A stretch of DNA of 64,000 bases, taken from Lama glama (lineage: Eukaryota). Each line of letters starts with the position of its first letter. Position 1 is the stretch's first letter. The notes under the pieces are model-generated. The model made no database searches. It saw only the letters and a list, made by a program, of their open reading frames with translations, and was not told the origin of the DNA. Below, one piece after another: positions 63,720 to 64,000 of the stretch. The DNA is taken from positions 18,850,001 to 18,914,000 of the forward strand of contig CM052816.1 of the NCBI GenBank assembly GCA_028534125.1. Direction: 5' to 3'. The position numbers were made by a program, and so were the translations under genes.

Positions 63720-64000
63720 CCACCCTTCCGTTACCCCTTCTCTAGCTGTGCAAATCCCTCTCACCCCTCAAAGTCAATTTCAAGCCTACCTCCTCCACGA
63801 CAGCTCTCCTGCCCCCTCTCTGAATGTAACTGCCCCACAGCCTCCTCTGAAATCCCAGAACGCATGGCAGGAGCCATTTCAGGATTCCTCTCAGCCTGCC
63901 GGCCTTTGGCTCCCCCTTCACCACAGGCATCTCGAGGAGCCACTGGCCTCCTTACAAGCCCAGCAGCCCTGGCATGGAGCCTGGCACAGAGTAGGTGCTC
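63720..64000 (+). mobile_element. L2 3' part, running off the window
   Basis: aaatccctctcacccctcaaagtcaatttcaagcctacctcctccacga..cctggcacagagtaggtgctc. Confidence 0.65.

Noticed and set aside
1..64000. Inferring host-gene direction from L1/LTR strand bias
   Set aside because: Only a mild minus excess among about 15 elements, too few to call.

Overview
Eutherian mammal genomic DNA, most likely a camelid: there is one tRNA-derived SINE with the camelid Vic-1-type tail, and I saw no Alu, Bov-A/BovB, PRE-1 or Can-SINE. The window looks intronic or intergenic. I could not recognise any host protein-coding exon, rRNA, tRNA gene or CRISPR array. The only ORFs I can assign to known proteins are decayed retroelement fragments. 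Much of the window is interspersed repeat: many ancient MIR and L2 fragments; a decayed ERVL provirus with two related LTRs and RNase H/integrase/dUTPase remnants (~1.8-4.9 kb, minus); several solo LTRs; an old L1 5' half (~15.4-19.4 kb); an old L1ME 3' part (~35.6-37.9 kb); a younger 5'-truncated L1 with a target-site duplication (38445-41174); hAT and Tc2 DNA-transposon fossils; and an L2 that still shows endonuclease and RT remnants (~52.1-53.55 kb). Unique sequence holds a CpG/AP-1 patch, TAAT-rich blocks that may be enhancers, and several splice-site-bounded exon-like segments, mostly on the minus strand, which remain speculative. I found no convincing new biological system. Repeat family names come from recalled consensus sequences and boundaries are approximate.
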